A stretch of 64,000 nucleotides of DNA from Octopus bimaculoides (Eukaryota), in the NCBI RefSeq assembly GCF_001194135.2, contig NC_068981.1, positions 37,065,210-37,129,209 of the forward strand, given 5' to 3'. The notes under the pieces were generated by a model that was given only the letters and a program-made list of their open reading frames with translations, was not told the origin of the DNA and did not search any database. Made by a program: the position numbers and the translations under genes. Within the stretch, counting starts at the first letter, position 1. Each line of letters opens with the position of its first letter. Of the stretch, positions 11,985-25,559 are shown in pieces.

Positions 11985-12589
11985 TATTGTAGCTTAACAG
12001 CGAATAATACACACATGCATGCATACACATTGATATATACACTCAATAATAAATAGGAAGATAGATAGGAAGACAGGTAGATAAAAAGATAGATAAAAGT
12101 CACACGAAATGAAAGGACTAAGATAATGAGGAAAGCAAGAAACAAACAATAAATGAAATTAGAAGAGAGTCAAGTGGTCGAAAGGGACTTGAAATATGAA
12201 GTGAAACATCAATAATGGAAGGCATGCACGATCAAAATATATGTGCAAAAGGAGAAACAAAAGAGGACCTAATGTTTTGTGTTATTAGAAGAAAGAAAAA
12301 GAAAAAAATGATGCAAGAGAAAAGGGAAAATGCTACCATGTCAGCAATGTCTAGTGTAAAATGACATCAAGGGAGTGGGATAGAAGGACCAGAATTGGAA
12401 ATATAAACTGAGTCACAGTTAGAAATTGTAGGGTGAGACAGAAAGAAAGAGAGAAAGTGAATAAATTGGGAGAAAGAGAGAAGGAAGGAAAATGTGAAAG
12501 TGGGAAAGGGGAGAAGAAAAGAAGATAGAAAGAATGGAGAGAGAGGACTAATGAAGAAAGGAAAGTGTGAATATATATATATATTCATA

Positions 12590-12691
<102 letters not shown>

Positions 12692-13488
12692 CAGGGTGCG
12701 GTGAATAAACTATTGTCTAAATTACGCAAAAATGAAAATAACACTGATATCTCATTTTAGCAGATATATTTACCAAACTTACATAAAAATATCTTGAAAT
12801 ACCAAAAAGTAAAATTTATTCAATAAACTCGGCATTGGCTTCAACCATTGCCTCCAGATGACTTTGCAATCTCCTGCAACTCTTCTGGATGGTCTCCTTG
12901 TTTAAGTTGGTGAATGCTGCCATAATCCTTGCCTTTAGTTCATCTTTGGTGTTACAAGAACATTTGTTGGTCTCTCACTCAACTGTGCCCCACACATAAT
13001 AACCAATGGGGTTGCAGTCTGGGGTTAGGTGACCAGACATAGGGGTTTTCAAGCAGCCACTCTCTCAACCTAGGGTAGCATTACCTCTTCCAGGCACTTG
13101 ATGTAGGCCTTCATGTTGAGTTTGAGGCCATGTGGGAAAATGAATGGAGGCATAACATCGCCATCACCAGTAATCCCTCCAAACACCATGATATTGACTG
13201 GATGTTTAATTTTTATCACTCTCAGCACATGTCCTTAGATTGCACTGTACTCAGATTGACACGCAAACACTCTGAACTGTTCATATTGGAGCTTCTGGTG
13301 TGAATGCCAAGCAGTACAGCATGATGTTTCCAAATTTCTTGCAGAGTGAATTGTGTCATGGTACTGTTTTTCTCACAGCTGGTGCCCAACTGACCATACT
13401 ATACTGTGTAGTTGACAAAATCAAAAACAAATAATGCACATACATGAAATTAAAAATATGAAAACGGAGACAATATACTCATTGTATC

Positions 13489-13491
<3 letters not shown>
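12692..13491 (-). mobile_element. Internally deleted Tc1/mariner DNA transposon, maT (DD37D)-like
   Basis: Minus strand gives KIKHPVNIMVFGGITGDGDVMPPFIFPHGLKLNMKAYIKCLEEVMLP, then YVWSPN-PDCNPIGYYVWG and CNTKDELKARIMAAFTNLNKETIQKSCRRLQSHLEAMVEANAEFIE*. Degenerate TIRs CAGGGTGCGGTGAATAAACTATTGTCT / CAGGATACAATGAGTATATTGTCT, with TA on both sides. Confidence 0.85.
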
Positions 13492-13530
<39 letters not shown>

Positions 13531-14402
13531 ATGTATGTATATGAAAACGGAGACAATTTACTCATTGTATCCTGCATATATATATATATATATGCAGGAT
13601 TTTTCATTTAGTTTTTGTGGTGTTTTATTTAAAGTAATTCTGCAATATGAAATGCATTGTAATGGTAGAAGTGTATGATTAAATACTAACTGCTCTGTTT
13701 TAATGTGAATATACAGTTTATTTTGTCTCTATTATGTTGTTGTTTCAGTGTAGTTTTATTATTTCTATGCTTCATGTAGTCGTTAGTTTATGTCTCATGG
13801 TTGCAAATCACCCTGACATTTCAATATCATATGGCATAGATGATAAAGAAAGTTGGAAGTTCGCTCCAAGTACTCTTCTATAAAGTATGAATATTACAAC
13901 CTATTTCTCATTCTTTGAATACTGTAGAGTTTAGTGCCTGTAAAACAGAAATAAATATTTCAATATTACCATATTTTTAATTTCTGTCTTAAGATTACAA
14001 TCCTTCAATCAGAATGGAGATACATTCATTGCCAGGCTGTTACAGCTGCATAATCGTAATAATTGTTTTCTTAGGAATCAAGAAATATCTAATAATATCA
14101 TATTGCAAAAAAATTCCATTTTTTAATTAAGAACCGACCTGTAAATTCTCTTATTGACACATTTCCTTCTCAAATATCAGTGACCTCTTTTGACCTCCTA
14201 TCAAATAGTGACTTTTATTTTATCCTTACTAACCTGCATAAAGACCAAAAAGAAAAAAAAATATCAGTGTTTGTCTTCTCTATTCTTTGAGAAAATGGAA
14301 ACAATATTAGACATTGAATCATGTTGTTCTGTCCTGACTAAATAATTGTTTTTCTAGATAACTTAATAATGCTTCATACATTAAATACATTAATATGCCT
14401 TG

Positions 14403-14460
14403 AGTATCATCATCATCATCGTCGTCGTCGTTATCATCATCATCATCATCATCATCATTG

Positions 14461-14491
<31 letters not shown>

Positions 14492-14660
14492 TATCATCGT
14501 CACCATCATCATTTTGTTGTCATCATCATCATTGTTGTTGTCACCATCATCACCATCACTGTTGCCACTGCTGCTGCTACAATCGCTGCCATTGCCATCA
14601 TAGCCATGGTTGTGCCATCATAGTTATGGTTGCTGTCATCATCATCAACATCATCATTAT
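14403..14660 (+). repeat. Degenerate (CAT)n microsatellite
   Basis: Read directly. Similar tracts at 29510-29630 and, as (GAT)n, at 30470-30640. Confidence 0.9.
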
Positions 14661-14669
14661 TTAATAATG

Positions 14670-15720
14670 TCCTTTTCCATGTTGGCATGAGTTAGATGGT
14701 TAGATAGGATGCAGCAAGCTACAAGTCTGTGATGAGCTCCAGTTTTGGCTTTGGCATCTTTGATATGGCTGGAAGTTTGTTCTAATGCCAACCACCTTAC
14801 AATATGTACTGGGTGCTTTTTGTGGTACCAGTACTAGTGAGGTTGCCAAGTAAATTGCAAGACAGAAGAGAACATGAAAGAGAGAGATCCCTCATGACTA
14901 AGTGATAGTAAAGATATGTTAGGAAGGGAAAGCTGGCTTTATGCCAAGTGCTGAGAAACTAAAGTATAATAGAGGGACAAGCACAAGTATCTTGCTAGGA
15001 GATACATGGCTGACTAGCATTTTATAAAGGTAAGTAATAGTAACTGGGAAGAAAATGAAGAACATGAAAAAGAAAGATGGTAGCGATGGTATGCTTGAGC
15101 AAACTCTCTGGGTAACTGAGGATAAGAGAAAATATGGTCAGGGGGTCAGGTGGGGAGGGAAGGTGGGTTGTTTCATAAGAATATAAGGCCAGAGTGATAC
15201 ATAGTTAGAGGAAGGGACAAAGATGGATGTATTGAATAATGTGCAAGAGTGAAGGTGCAGTTGGTGGAAAATAGCAGTGATGAGGGAGTAAAGTGAGAGA
15301 GATAGCAATGGCTCAGGAAAGGGGATAGATCATAATATAACAGGATGATGTACAAAGTGTAGAAGTGTGAGAGAGGCAGATGTGGTGGCACGTAAGGACG
15401 TGTATAGTGAGTGAGGCATGATGGTGGGTATCAGAGGGTTTTGAGTATGATAGCAAGTATGTGAGGTGATATGATGTATGATAGAAATGAGAGCTGTTTG
15501 GAGGCACAGAAAGGAGTTCAGTGAAAGTATAGTAGAAAAGAAAGAGAGACTGAGTAAAAAAATGGAAGGTTCCAGTGGAGGAGGAAATAACTAGCCAAAG
15601 AAAGTTGTGGGAACTGTAATATGCATTGATTCTGCTCCAAAGTGATTTCAACTACTATGTAGTGCCATAGATAGAGGAATGATGGGGGAAGCTAGGAGAA
15701 TGAGACATTTCATTATCTAG
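14670..15720 (-). mobile_element. Degenerate composite: RTE-type tail (14670-14860) preceded on the minus strand by a decayed LINE-like 3' region
   Basis: Tail TTTTCCATGTTGGCATGAG.... Minus-strand FTELLSVPPNSSHFYHTSYHLTYLLSYSKPSDTHHHASL weakly resembles a CR1/L2-type C-terminus (low certainty). Confidence 0.45.
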
Positions 15721-16028
15721 GTAAAGAAGAAATAAGGAGATTATCTCTGAACAGCTAACTTTTAAAAAGTCCTTGTATGCTGTCATACAGTGAAGTACTG
15801 TCATTATATTTGTGTTGACAAAAATAATTATTGACTGTCTAATTTGTAGTCAAAGAAATCCCTTTCTTCATTTAACTTATTCCATTCATTAACTATGCTC
15901 AGATCTTGACCAATTCTTGAGCTCAATCTTCTTCATTACTGTTTCTATTATAAACCATTGAGTCTACTATCACATTTAGCTTCTACATATCTATCATTAG
16001 AACCTTCAAACAAATATTGGTGTCATAT

Positions 16029-16232
16029 TTTGGCACAAGGCCGATAATTTCTTGTGAGGTGGGTAAGTGGATTACATCACCCTCAGTGCCTGACTGGTAC
16101 TTATGTTATCAACTCCATAAGAATTAAAAGCAAATGTGACCTTGGTGAAATTTGAGCTCAGAACATAATAATGGAAAAAATGCTGCTAAGCCTTTTGTCC
16201 AGCATACTAATGATTCTGCCAGCTTGCTGTCT
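16029..16232 (-). mobile_element. Degenerate tRNA-SINE, central domain probably Meta/MESC-like
   Basis: Minus-strand AAGCTGGCAGAATCATTAG...TTCTGAGCTCAAATTTC (A/B boxes), then GTCACATTTGCTTTTAATTC...GTTGATAACATAAGTACCAG. The domain assignment is from memory of consensus. Weaker copies occur near 18.5, 61.8 and 62.0 kb. Confidence 0.6.
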
Positions 16233-17340
16233 TATCCATCAAACAAATATTAACTGTTTGGACAACAAAATGTACTGAACGCATACTGACAACCACACTG
16301 TGCTTAGTATAATCAGCCACTGCTTGACAGTGTATCATGTGGCCCTAGACTAGACTGGACTTAACAAAGGTGTTGCACTTTAGAGATTTATCTAAGTATT
16401 GGCTTATTACAAACAGACATGTCACTGCTCCACCTCTAAAATGTATTTTCATTTCTACAAGGTTTCTTTCTTAAACCCCACACCAAACATTGATTGTAAT
16501 TTTTCAATTCTGAGTACTGCCTCATTACAGAAATTCCTTTAGTTTTATACATTCTTTCCAAACTTTCAAACTCTAGATTACATCTCAAACATTCCTCTCA
16601 CTATTCAATGAGATATGAGTCAATTCTTTTCCATATCCAATATAACAATACACACAAAATATAAAAATAAATTGTACATATATCCATAATATTTGCACAT
16701 ATATTCCCACATACATCTATATATTGACTTCTAATTACTCAACCAGTTGCTTTATGTATCTTAATATTCTAAACATTTCTATTTATGTAACATTATCTCC
16801 CTTGAGACAGAGAACTTATCTGTTGTTTGGAGATTCTCATCGATACAATTCATGGATTTTGCAGAAAGAATGTGTGTTTTGTCTGTTAGGCCAGGTCAAA
16901 CACTTGAAGGGAGAATACATTTCAAAAGCCAAGATAAATATAAAATAAGTAAACAGTGAAATGTTGTCTCTATATTTTGGAAAACATTCAAAACAAGATA
17001 TAATGAAAATACAGATAATGTTCAGTATTAATGATTTGTTATATAAATATACAATTTCAGATTTATGAGATTGAAAAATATAAGTTCTGATGTTCAAGCC
17101 TCTCTTCAAATGCAGTTGTATCTTAAGTGAATTTCAGCTTGGAATTGTTATTAGTTTTGGATGGTAGACTTAATCTGCTGCCTGCATTAACTATCTGGCC
17201 CTTAGTGCTGTTTGCAAATTTCATATTTTTGCTAGCACTTGAGTTAAGTTACCATTTCAAGGTTAACCTCTTCAAGTCAGTGTTGAAGGCCTCTAGAGAG
17301 ATTATGGATGCTGCTGTTCATCCTGTAACAAAACTATATC

Positions 17341-17734
17341 TTTTATCTTTAACTTGATTGTGGTCATGCTGGGACACTATATTGAAGAATTTTTAGTTGA
17401 ATAAATCAATCCAAGTACTTATTTTTTTTTTATTTAAGCCTGGTATTTATTCTATTGACCTCTTTTGCTGAACTGCTAAGTAATGGGGATGTAAACACAC
17501 CAGCACCAGTTGTCAAGTGGTGATGGGGGACAAGCACAGATACAAAGACATAAATACACACTCACACACATATTTATACAGAAAGAGCTTATTTCGGTGT
17601 CCGTCTACCAAATCCACTCACAAAGCTTTGGTCAGCCTGAGGCAATAGTAGAAGACACTTACTCAAGGTACCATACAATGGGATTGAACCTAGAACCTTG
17701 TGGTTAGGAAGCAAGCTTTTTAGCACACAGCCAT
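17341..17734 (-). mobile_element. tRNA-derived SINE (head + simple-repeat middle + conserved tail)
   Basis: Minus-strand head ATGGCTGTGTG...GGTTCTAGGTTCAATCCC. The tail (plus strand GAACTGCTAAG...GTAAACACACC...GTTGTCAAG) is shared with the copies at 47.0, 52.5 and 63.8 kb. Confidence 0.8.
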
Positions 17735-19164
17735 TATTTTCAATTGAAAATGGGCCATCATTGTTTATGTTTACACTCATTTGTTTGACTAAGTAGAATG
17801 TCACTTTATAAGTTGATAGTCAACAGTCAATATCATAGGTAAATAGATACTACTGGTGCTTTTATCAAATTCTTGAGTGATAAAAGAAAGTTAAGTTATT
17901 TTCAGTTTAAATCTAGAAGAGTAAATATTAGTAAATCATGCTTTTCTTGCATCTGCAACTTTATCATCACCACCCAATGATATATGATAATGAAATATAA
18001 AATCATAATAATTTTACATGGAGAGGTAATTACCATTTATATATATTTTCACTGCAGGCATTACATTATGCACTTGAACAAACTACTAAATTACGCTTAC
18101 TTTAATTTATTTGAAAGCTATATATTTAAAGGAAATATTCTTCAGAGCTTAATTTCTGACTAAGAATAGATATGTTTTACAATTTACAATATGGTAGAGT
18201 CACATTAGTTATTTAGAATCACATATATTTTTGCAAAACTTGCTCTTTCATTTTAATTCAAATTACGTGGAGGAAATTGTAGAGCTTTTGACAAAATACT
18301 TATGACATTCTGTTGCTCTACTTATTCAAGAAAAATGCATTTTCCAGAATAATCTAAATTTGCTACCATGAAATTCATTCTTTTAATTTTTACACCCAAA
18401 TATGATGTTACTGCTAAATTTTTATCGTAGTGTTTTGTATTAAATTCATTGTATTATACAGAAATAAATACAACACTTTTCTTTATGTTTTGAGTTCAAA
18501 TCCTGCTAAAGGTGACTTTGATTTTCTGTGGTTGATAAAATAAGCATTGAGCATTCACAGGAATCAATTCATTTGACTATACTTCCTGCCACAAAGTTTC
18601 TGGCCTTTTGTCAATGTTATGAATCATTATTTTTTCCAATAGTACATATTTTTAAGTATGAATGTAGTTTGTCGTACATTTACAATCTAGTCATTGATAC
18701 TCTATTTCTGTATATCTCAGATGCAGGAAAATGGAATATAAGTGAACAGGTCATAAATATAGGACAAAAGACCATGCTACATAATAATATATACTTTTGT
18801 AAGAATAATAATAAAGCAAAAGTGAATACAAATAGAGCTAGCTGTATTGTATAACTCCTTACCATTCTATTACTTAATCAGAAAAATATTTGACCTGATA
18901 TTAACCAAAAAAGTTAATGAATGAAAAGAAAAGTAAAAATCTTCTTTATATATAGAGTTGTTGTTTTTTCAATGCTATTATAACACCAATATCTAAAAGA
19001 AATTGTGTTATTATAAACCTACGTATGTGAACCTATGTCATTTTCATTTCATTTTTTCCTATAACTGCTTCTGTTTTCCATACAGCCTAATACATTTTAT
19101 TTTATTTTGTATAACTGATTTCAGTTTTTGTAGCTCTCATAGAGCACGTGTAGATATATCATCA

Positions 19165-19830
19165 TCATCATTTAACGTCTGTTTTCCATGCTAGCATAGG
19201 TTGGTTGGTTGGTTTGACGAGAACTGGCAAGCCTGAGAACTGTACCAAGCTCTATTATCTGTTTTGACATGATTTTTATGACTGGATGCCCTTCCTAACA
19301 CCAACTACTTTACAGAGTGTACTGGGTGATTTTTCGTGGCACCAGCACTGGTAGGGTCACCAAATACCTTGCAAGACAATGTCCCTTCGACTGAAGGGAG
19401 TAGTGTTGAGAGAGATAGTTTTGTGCCAGTTGATAAGAAGTTAAAATAATAATTGAGGGATAGAATTAGGTCTTGCAAAATAGATACAAAGTTATACCAT
19501 TTGGAAAAGAAAGAAGGGAAAAAAATACTTAGAGAGAAAGATAGAGATGATGAGAATGAGAGAGATGGTGATAGATATGTATCAGGATATCCCCTCAAGG
19601 TAGAGTGAATATAAGTCAAGTGATACAAAGAATTACACTGGATGAGTGGGCAGAGAGAGACAGATGGGAAAGTTTCAAACAAGTGTGATGAGAGATGGTT
19701 AGAGATGGGGTAGCAGTGGCTGTAGCAATTGGTTGTGAGAGATATAGGAGAGGTTATGTTATATATGTGATGGCATTGGGAGTGACAGCAGATAAAAGAG
19801 GTGTTATGAAACAAGTTAAAGAATAAAAGA
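19165..19830 (-). mobile_element. Second copy of the composite RTE-tail element
   Basis: TTTAACGTCTGTTTTCCATGCTAGCATAGG...GGATGCCCTTCCTAACACCAAC, followed by sequence alignable to 14860-14980. Confidence 0.5.
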
Positions 19831-20686
19831 ATAATCAGCCAAAATGTTGATGGTAGTTTGAAAGAATATACAAAACTAACATTTTATATGCTTATAATCA
19901 TTCCATCAGGCCCACGCTTTACAGGTTTTCATTTTAAACTCTTCTTTGGTTTACTTCTAACACAGCCATTCTTCTCTGCTACACATAATTTTGACATTGT
20001 AGCTCTATGTGCTAGAATTAGCAGCTAACTCTTCTTCAGACCACACCCTCTCATCTTCAAATTCTTACTTTAATTGCTGGATATCTTTCTTAACTCACTA
20101 TTACTCAGTTTGTTTCTTAATGCATGTTTAATAAATCTTAATTTATTTGGTCCTTTCTAGTTTCTGCAAATTCCCTTGCTTTTTACAAAATGATTCATTT
20201 CTATAAATCTTTATAAGACACCTTTCATACAATCTGCCTTTTGTATAAAGATCCTTCTTTTGTTACTAATAGAATAAGTCTCTGAGTCATCCCACCTGTT
20301 CCTTCTCAACAAGAAAAAATATCAACAAAATAACGAAATTTATCTTAACATCTCATGAGCCATCAGGGCAGGACATTTTTTTTTGTTTTGTAAGCTTAGG
20401 TTGCTTATGCATATATTCATGCCAATATATCTAGTACCTCATAATTTCCCATTCTCTGTCTGTTTATTGGCAATATAACAAAGCATTTGTGCAGTGATTG
20501 ATTTTATTGACAACACAATCTTGAAATCCTGCCTTCTTCCTTCCTGTACACTGAGTAAAATAATCTCCATGATACTAAAAGCTCCTGCTAGCAACAAATA
20601 CATTATTCTTTATTATTTTTACCTCCAGAGATATTTTTATGTAGCACTGTAGCTGTCATGCTTTCATTATCATTATTATTATTACA

Positions 20687-20753
<67 letters not shown>

Positions 20754-23106
20754 TTGCAATTCAAATTCATGGTGTACAACAGTGTCTACAGATACCTAGT
20801 AGTCTGTGAGAATAAAAGAGAGCTGAGGTTGAGACTTTGGTAGAAACTCAGTTGTTCCTTAAGCTTTTCACCGTAATAAGTTATAGGAGAAAGAGTAAAC
20901 CTCCTTCCCAAGTCATATAAACTCATAGGGCTGGTCTCCCAGTTTCTGTGGTGTATATATTTCCTTGTGAATGGGATGCCAGTCCATTGCAGGTGATAAT
21001 TAGTAAAATTTTAGTTTTCTGTATATGACATGAATAGTTTTTGTAAGTAATTCAATCTCCACTCTTAACTTTTATTTTAATATATAAGTTCTTTCTTAGA
21101 AAGTTTATGTAGGCTGACAAGCTAAAGTTAGGTTTAACTTTGTCCATAAACATATATATCCTCACTTATTGCTTATCATGATTGTCTTAATTCTTACCAT
21201 AACATGATTATGGAAAAACTTTTTGCAAATACTTCTACAGGCTTCATTAATTATTCATAATATTTCCTGATAATTTCTTTTAACTTAATGCACGTCATTT
21301 ATTTTACCTTTGGTTTAAAAAGAGGCCACAATTTATTCCAAACAGGGTGTTTCATATTCAAATTGTAATGGAGAAATGAGTTTATCACGTCAAAACTTCT
21401 TATTTACAACTTAGTTAAGGAGGGAACATAGGCTGTTTTTAAAGAATTCTTCTTCCAGAACTAGCATAAGTATATTGCCAAACTTTTATCCGGATATCGT
21501 TGAAACTTTAGGCTATAAGCCATCTAACTACTAACTCAAAAATACAATAAGTCTGATATAATATCATTACCTTCATTATCAAATCAATGTGATCAATTAA
21601 GTACTTACATTCTTTACCCAAAGAATAAGAAAATTGAAGTAGACAAAATCAGTATCTAGGCCCTAGGCTCTATTATATGCTATAAGCAAGTATCAATCCT
21701 GACAGCTGCACCAGCATGGTGTGCTATCTAGAAAATGCTTGGGACAAATTTAATGTAAGTTCACTTGCACTAATGCTTTACTGTGTTCAGTAAATGAAAT
21801 ATCTTTATTAAATTCGATGATAACTTTAAAAAATATTATAACAACGTTCAAATTCTCCTCTCCAAATTAAAATTACCAAATAAGTTGGGAAAATATTGGG
21901 ATATACAGGTTAGGAAAAAAATTTCATCTAATGAAGAGTGTTGGGCTCATAATACAGGATACTTAGCTTCATAGTTGAGTAAGTCACCATATCTACAAAT
22001 GAATCCCCATTACATATTGCTAGTTAATTTCTAATGAGTTTAGAATTTACGCTTATCTCTCCTGACCCTCTGTATAAGAACTGCTATTAACACAAATGAT
22101 ATTTTCTTTTCATCACGAGTGTAATGCAGCATTATTTTTAGATGACTCTGCCTTTCATCCTTTTGATGTTTATAAAATAGGTGCCAGTTCCATTCTGGGG
22201 CTGATGTAATTGATTTACCCATCTCCTCAAAATTGCTAGCCTTGTGCCAAAACTTAGAAAATGTTTCATTATTATTATTCTTTAGGTTACTACATCAAGC
22301 ATATAATTATGTAGCAGATTCGTTTGACATATCAACAAGAAGAAATGACTGCTACTATGAATGATAATAATTAGAATAAGGAGGATGAGGAGGATAAAGA
22401 AGATGAGGATGAGGAAAAATATATATGGGGCTAAAATTGTGTCTAAATTAGAGGAAAATATAACATTAGATCCATAAAGAGCATCAAGCAAATTCTACAT
22501 GTTCATAAGAACCATAAGAATCATAAGATCCAGTTTAAAGAATTTTTAGATTTATAAAACCCTAAGAAAGCAACAAATACAAATTTTCATTTTTCACTCA
22601 AACAAAATTAAATTCTGAAAAATAACTCATCCCCCCCCCATTTCATCTGTTCAAGTGTAATCATTTAATTCTTGACAGGTGTCTTTATAAATATTATGCA
22701 ACAGGAGAACAGTAATGATGTAAATGATGCTGATGACTATGATGATGACAACAATGATGGTGATGATGAAGATGGAGATGATGGAAGCAAAATTGATCAG
22801 AAGGAATATATAAAAAAAAAAAACAATTGCTTGAGCATCAAGAATCCAAGAGCAGTTAAAACTTGATTCAACGGTTTTTAAATATGAAATGTAGATCTTT
22901 TTGCAGCATTTTTCTAGCAAAATATCTCACCAAAGTTTTACAATATACTCAGTCTTCCCTCTTACAAATAACAGCTTTGGAAACTTACATGTTCACATAA
23001 ACATATAGCGAGTGAATATTGATTTTTATCTATGGTATCTATATACACCAATGATGTATATATGTGTGGGATCTAGTATGCATATTTATTCATTAATATA
23101 TATATA

Positions 23107-24081
23107 NNNNNNNNNNNNNNNNNNNNNNNNNNNNNNNNNNNNNNNNNNNNNNNNNNNNNNNNNNNNNNNNNNNNNNNNNNNNNNNNNNNNNNNNNNNNNN
23201 NNNNNNNNNNNNNNNNNNNNNNNNNNNNNNNNNNNNNNNNNNNNNNNNNNNNNNNNNNNNNNNNNNNNNNNNNNNNNNNNNNNNNNNNNNNNNNNNNNNN
23301 NNNNNNNNNNNNNNNNNNNNNNNNNNNNNNNNNNNNNNNNNNNNNNNNNNNNNNNNNNNNNNNNNNNNNNNNNNNNNNNNNNNNNNNNNNNNNNNNNNNN
23401 NNNNNNNNNNNNNNNNNNNNNNNNNNNNNNNNNNNNNNNNNNNNNNNNNNNNNNNNNNNNNNNNNNNNNNNNNNNNNNNNNNNNNNNNNNNNNNNNNNNN
23501 NNNNNNNNNNNNNNNNNNNNNNNNNNNNNNNNNNNNNNNNNNNNNNNNNNNNNNNNNNNNNNNNNNNNNNNNNNNNNNNNNNNNNNNNNNNNNNNNNNNN
23601 NNNNNNNNNNNNNNNNNNNNNNNNNNNNNNNNNNNNNNNNNNNNNNNNNNNNNNNNNNNNNNNNNNNNNNNNNNNNNNNNNNNNNNNNNNNNNNNNNNNN
23701 NNNNNNNNNNNNNNNNNNNNNNNNNNNNNNNNNNNNNNNNNNNNNNNNNNNNNNNNNNNNNNNNNNNNNNNNNNNNNNNNNNNNNNNNNNNNNNNNNNNN
23801 NNNNNNNNNNNNNNNNNNNNNNNNNNNNNNNNNNNNNNNNNNNNNNNNNNNNNNNNNNNNNNNNNNNNNNNNNNNNNNNNNNNNNNNNNNNNNNNNNNNN
23901 NNNNNNNNNNNNNNNNNNNNNNNNNNNNNNNNNNNNNNNNNNNNNNNNNNNNNNNNNNNNNNNNNNNNNNNNNNNNNNNNNNNNNNNNNNNNNNNNNNNN
24001 NNNNNNNNNNNNNNNNNNNNNNNNNNNNNNNNNNNNNNNNNNNNNNNNNNNNNNNNNNNNNNNNNNNNNNNNNNNNNNNNN
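23107..24081. other. Largest assembly gap (others at 4194-4507, 24348-24357, 25385-25527, 28186-28267, 39949-40051, 57339-57578)
   Basis: N runs, mostly flanked by (TA)n or (CA)n. Confidence 0.99.
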
Positions 24082-24209
24082 NTATATATATATATAAATA
24101 TATAGATATAGGGCAGAGAATTGCCAATTAGTTAATAAAATTGGTGAGGCAACTCATGCTGATCCCTATATGTTTATAAATATAAATATATGTATATATA
24201 CATACATAT

Positions 24210-24242
<33 letters not shown>

Positions 24243-24259
24243 TGTATTTATGTATGTAT

Positions 24260-24475
24260 AGTAGTTGGCTGCGTCTCGTGTTTCCGAGCTTGCAATCCAG
24301 TTCATTTTCCTGGGTGTTTGAACCGCAGATGGCTCTGCAATCCAAGGNNNNNNNNNNAACCGCAGATGGCTCTGCAATCCAAGGGTGGCATGAAACATAC
24401 GGGGACATTGTGGACAAGGGATAGAAGGGGTTGGTTTGGGAAGGAGAGGGCACTGCTTTCTCTCCCGTCGCTTAT
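24260..24475 (-). mobile_element. Short young RTE-type LINE 3' end with C2H2-like motif
   Basis: KRRERKQCPLLPKPTPSIPCPQCPRMFHATLGLQSHLRFKHPGK*, a short UTR and a (TACA)n tail. CpG-rich. Confidence 0.75.
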
Positions 24476-25161
24476 ATACTTATATATATGCATATGTACA
24501 CACACATACACACACTTATATACATAATCCAAAAGTTGTGCCAAGAGGTTTGGAACAAAGTAGACACTAGATGAGTTTCATACTCCACTCCTAAGCGCAA
24601 TGTGGTTTGACAACAACCCTCATAACACCAGCTAGGCTATTGTGTGGAGTCTGCATGCCATACAGATAAGGAATAGAGAAAACATTTTACACACACACAC
24701 ACACACATGTATACTGGGAGAAAGAGAAAGATAGGTAGATAGAGGGAGAGAGGGAGAGAGAGGGAGAGAGAGAGAGTTAGCCATTAATTTTATTTTAATA
24801 CTTGTTTTGATATAAATTTGAATTTTATTTGTTTTTTGTTATTTTTTTGCACTATTATTGTTGATTTTATTTTGATAAATGGTAAAGTATTTTAAACATC
24901 TTTTCATGAAATATTTGGTAGAATGACCTCTCAGGAACCTTTTGACAGCTATGCTTTCTTTCTTTTTTTCTCTCCGTTTATACATATATTGATTTCTTAA
25001 CATGAAATATCAGCATCTAGCTAATTTCCTTCTTTGCTAGGTTTTGTTTTATGTTGCAATTTGCTGTTGTCAAGGAGTTTGAATTGAACTGTTATGGTTC
25101 GCTGCTGACATATGATGCACACCAGTGACACCTGAAACAAAGGGTTTGAATCTTCTGATAA

Positions 25162-25212
<51 letters not shown>

Positions 25213-25527
25213 CGTGTGTGTGTGTGTGTGCGTGTGTGTGTGTGTGTGTATATAAACATGTATATGCATAAATATGCATATGTAATATGTATATATATAT
25301 ATATGTGTTTGTGCATATATATATATAGATCTACATCAACATATATATAGTTATATATGCATGTGTGTGTATATATATATATATNNNNNNNNNNNNNNNN
25401 NNNNNNNNNNNNNNNNNNNNNNNNNNNNNNNNNNNNNNNNNNNNNNNNNNNNNNNNNNNNNNNNNNNNNNNNNNNNNNNNNNNNNNNNNNNNNNNNNNNN
25501 NNNNNNNNNNNNNNNNNNNNNNNNNNN

Positions 25528-25559
<32 letters not shown>

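Noticed and set aside
24321-24384. 27-bp direct repeat flanking a 10-N gap
   Set aside because: Unmerged contig overlap; removing one copy restores the LINE reading frame.
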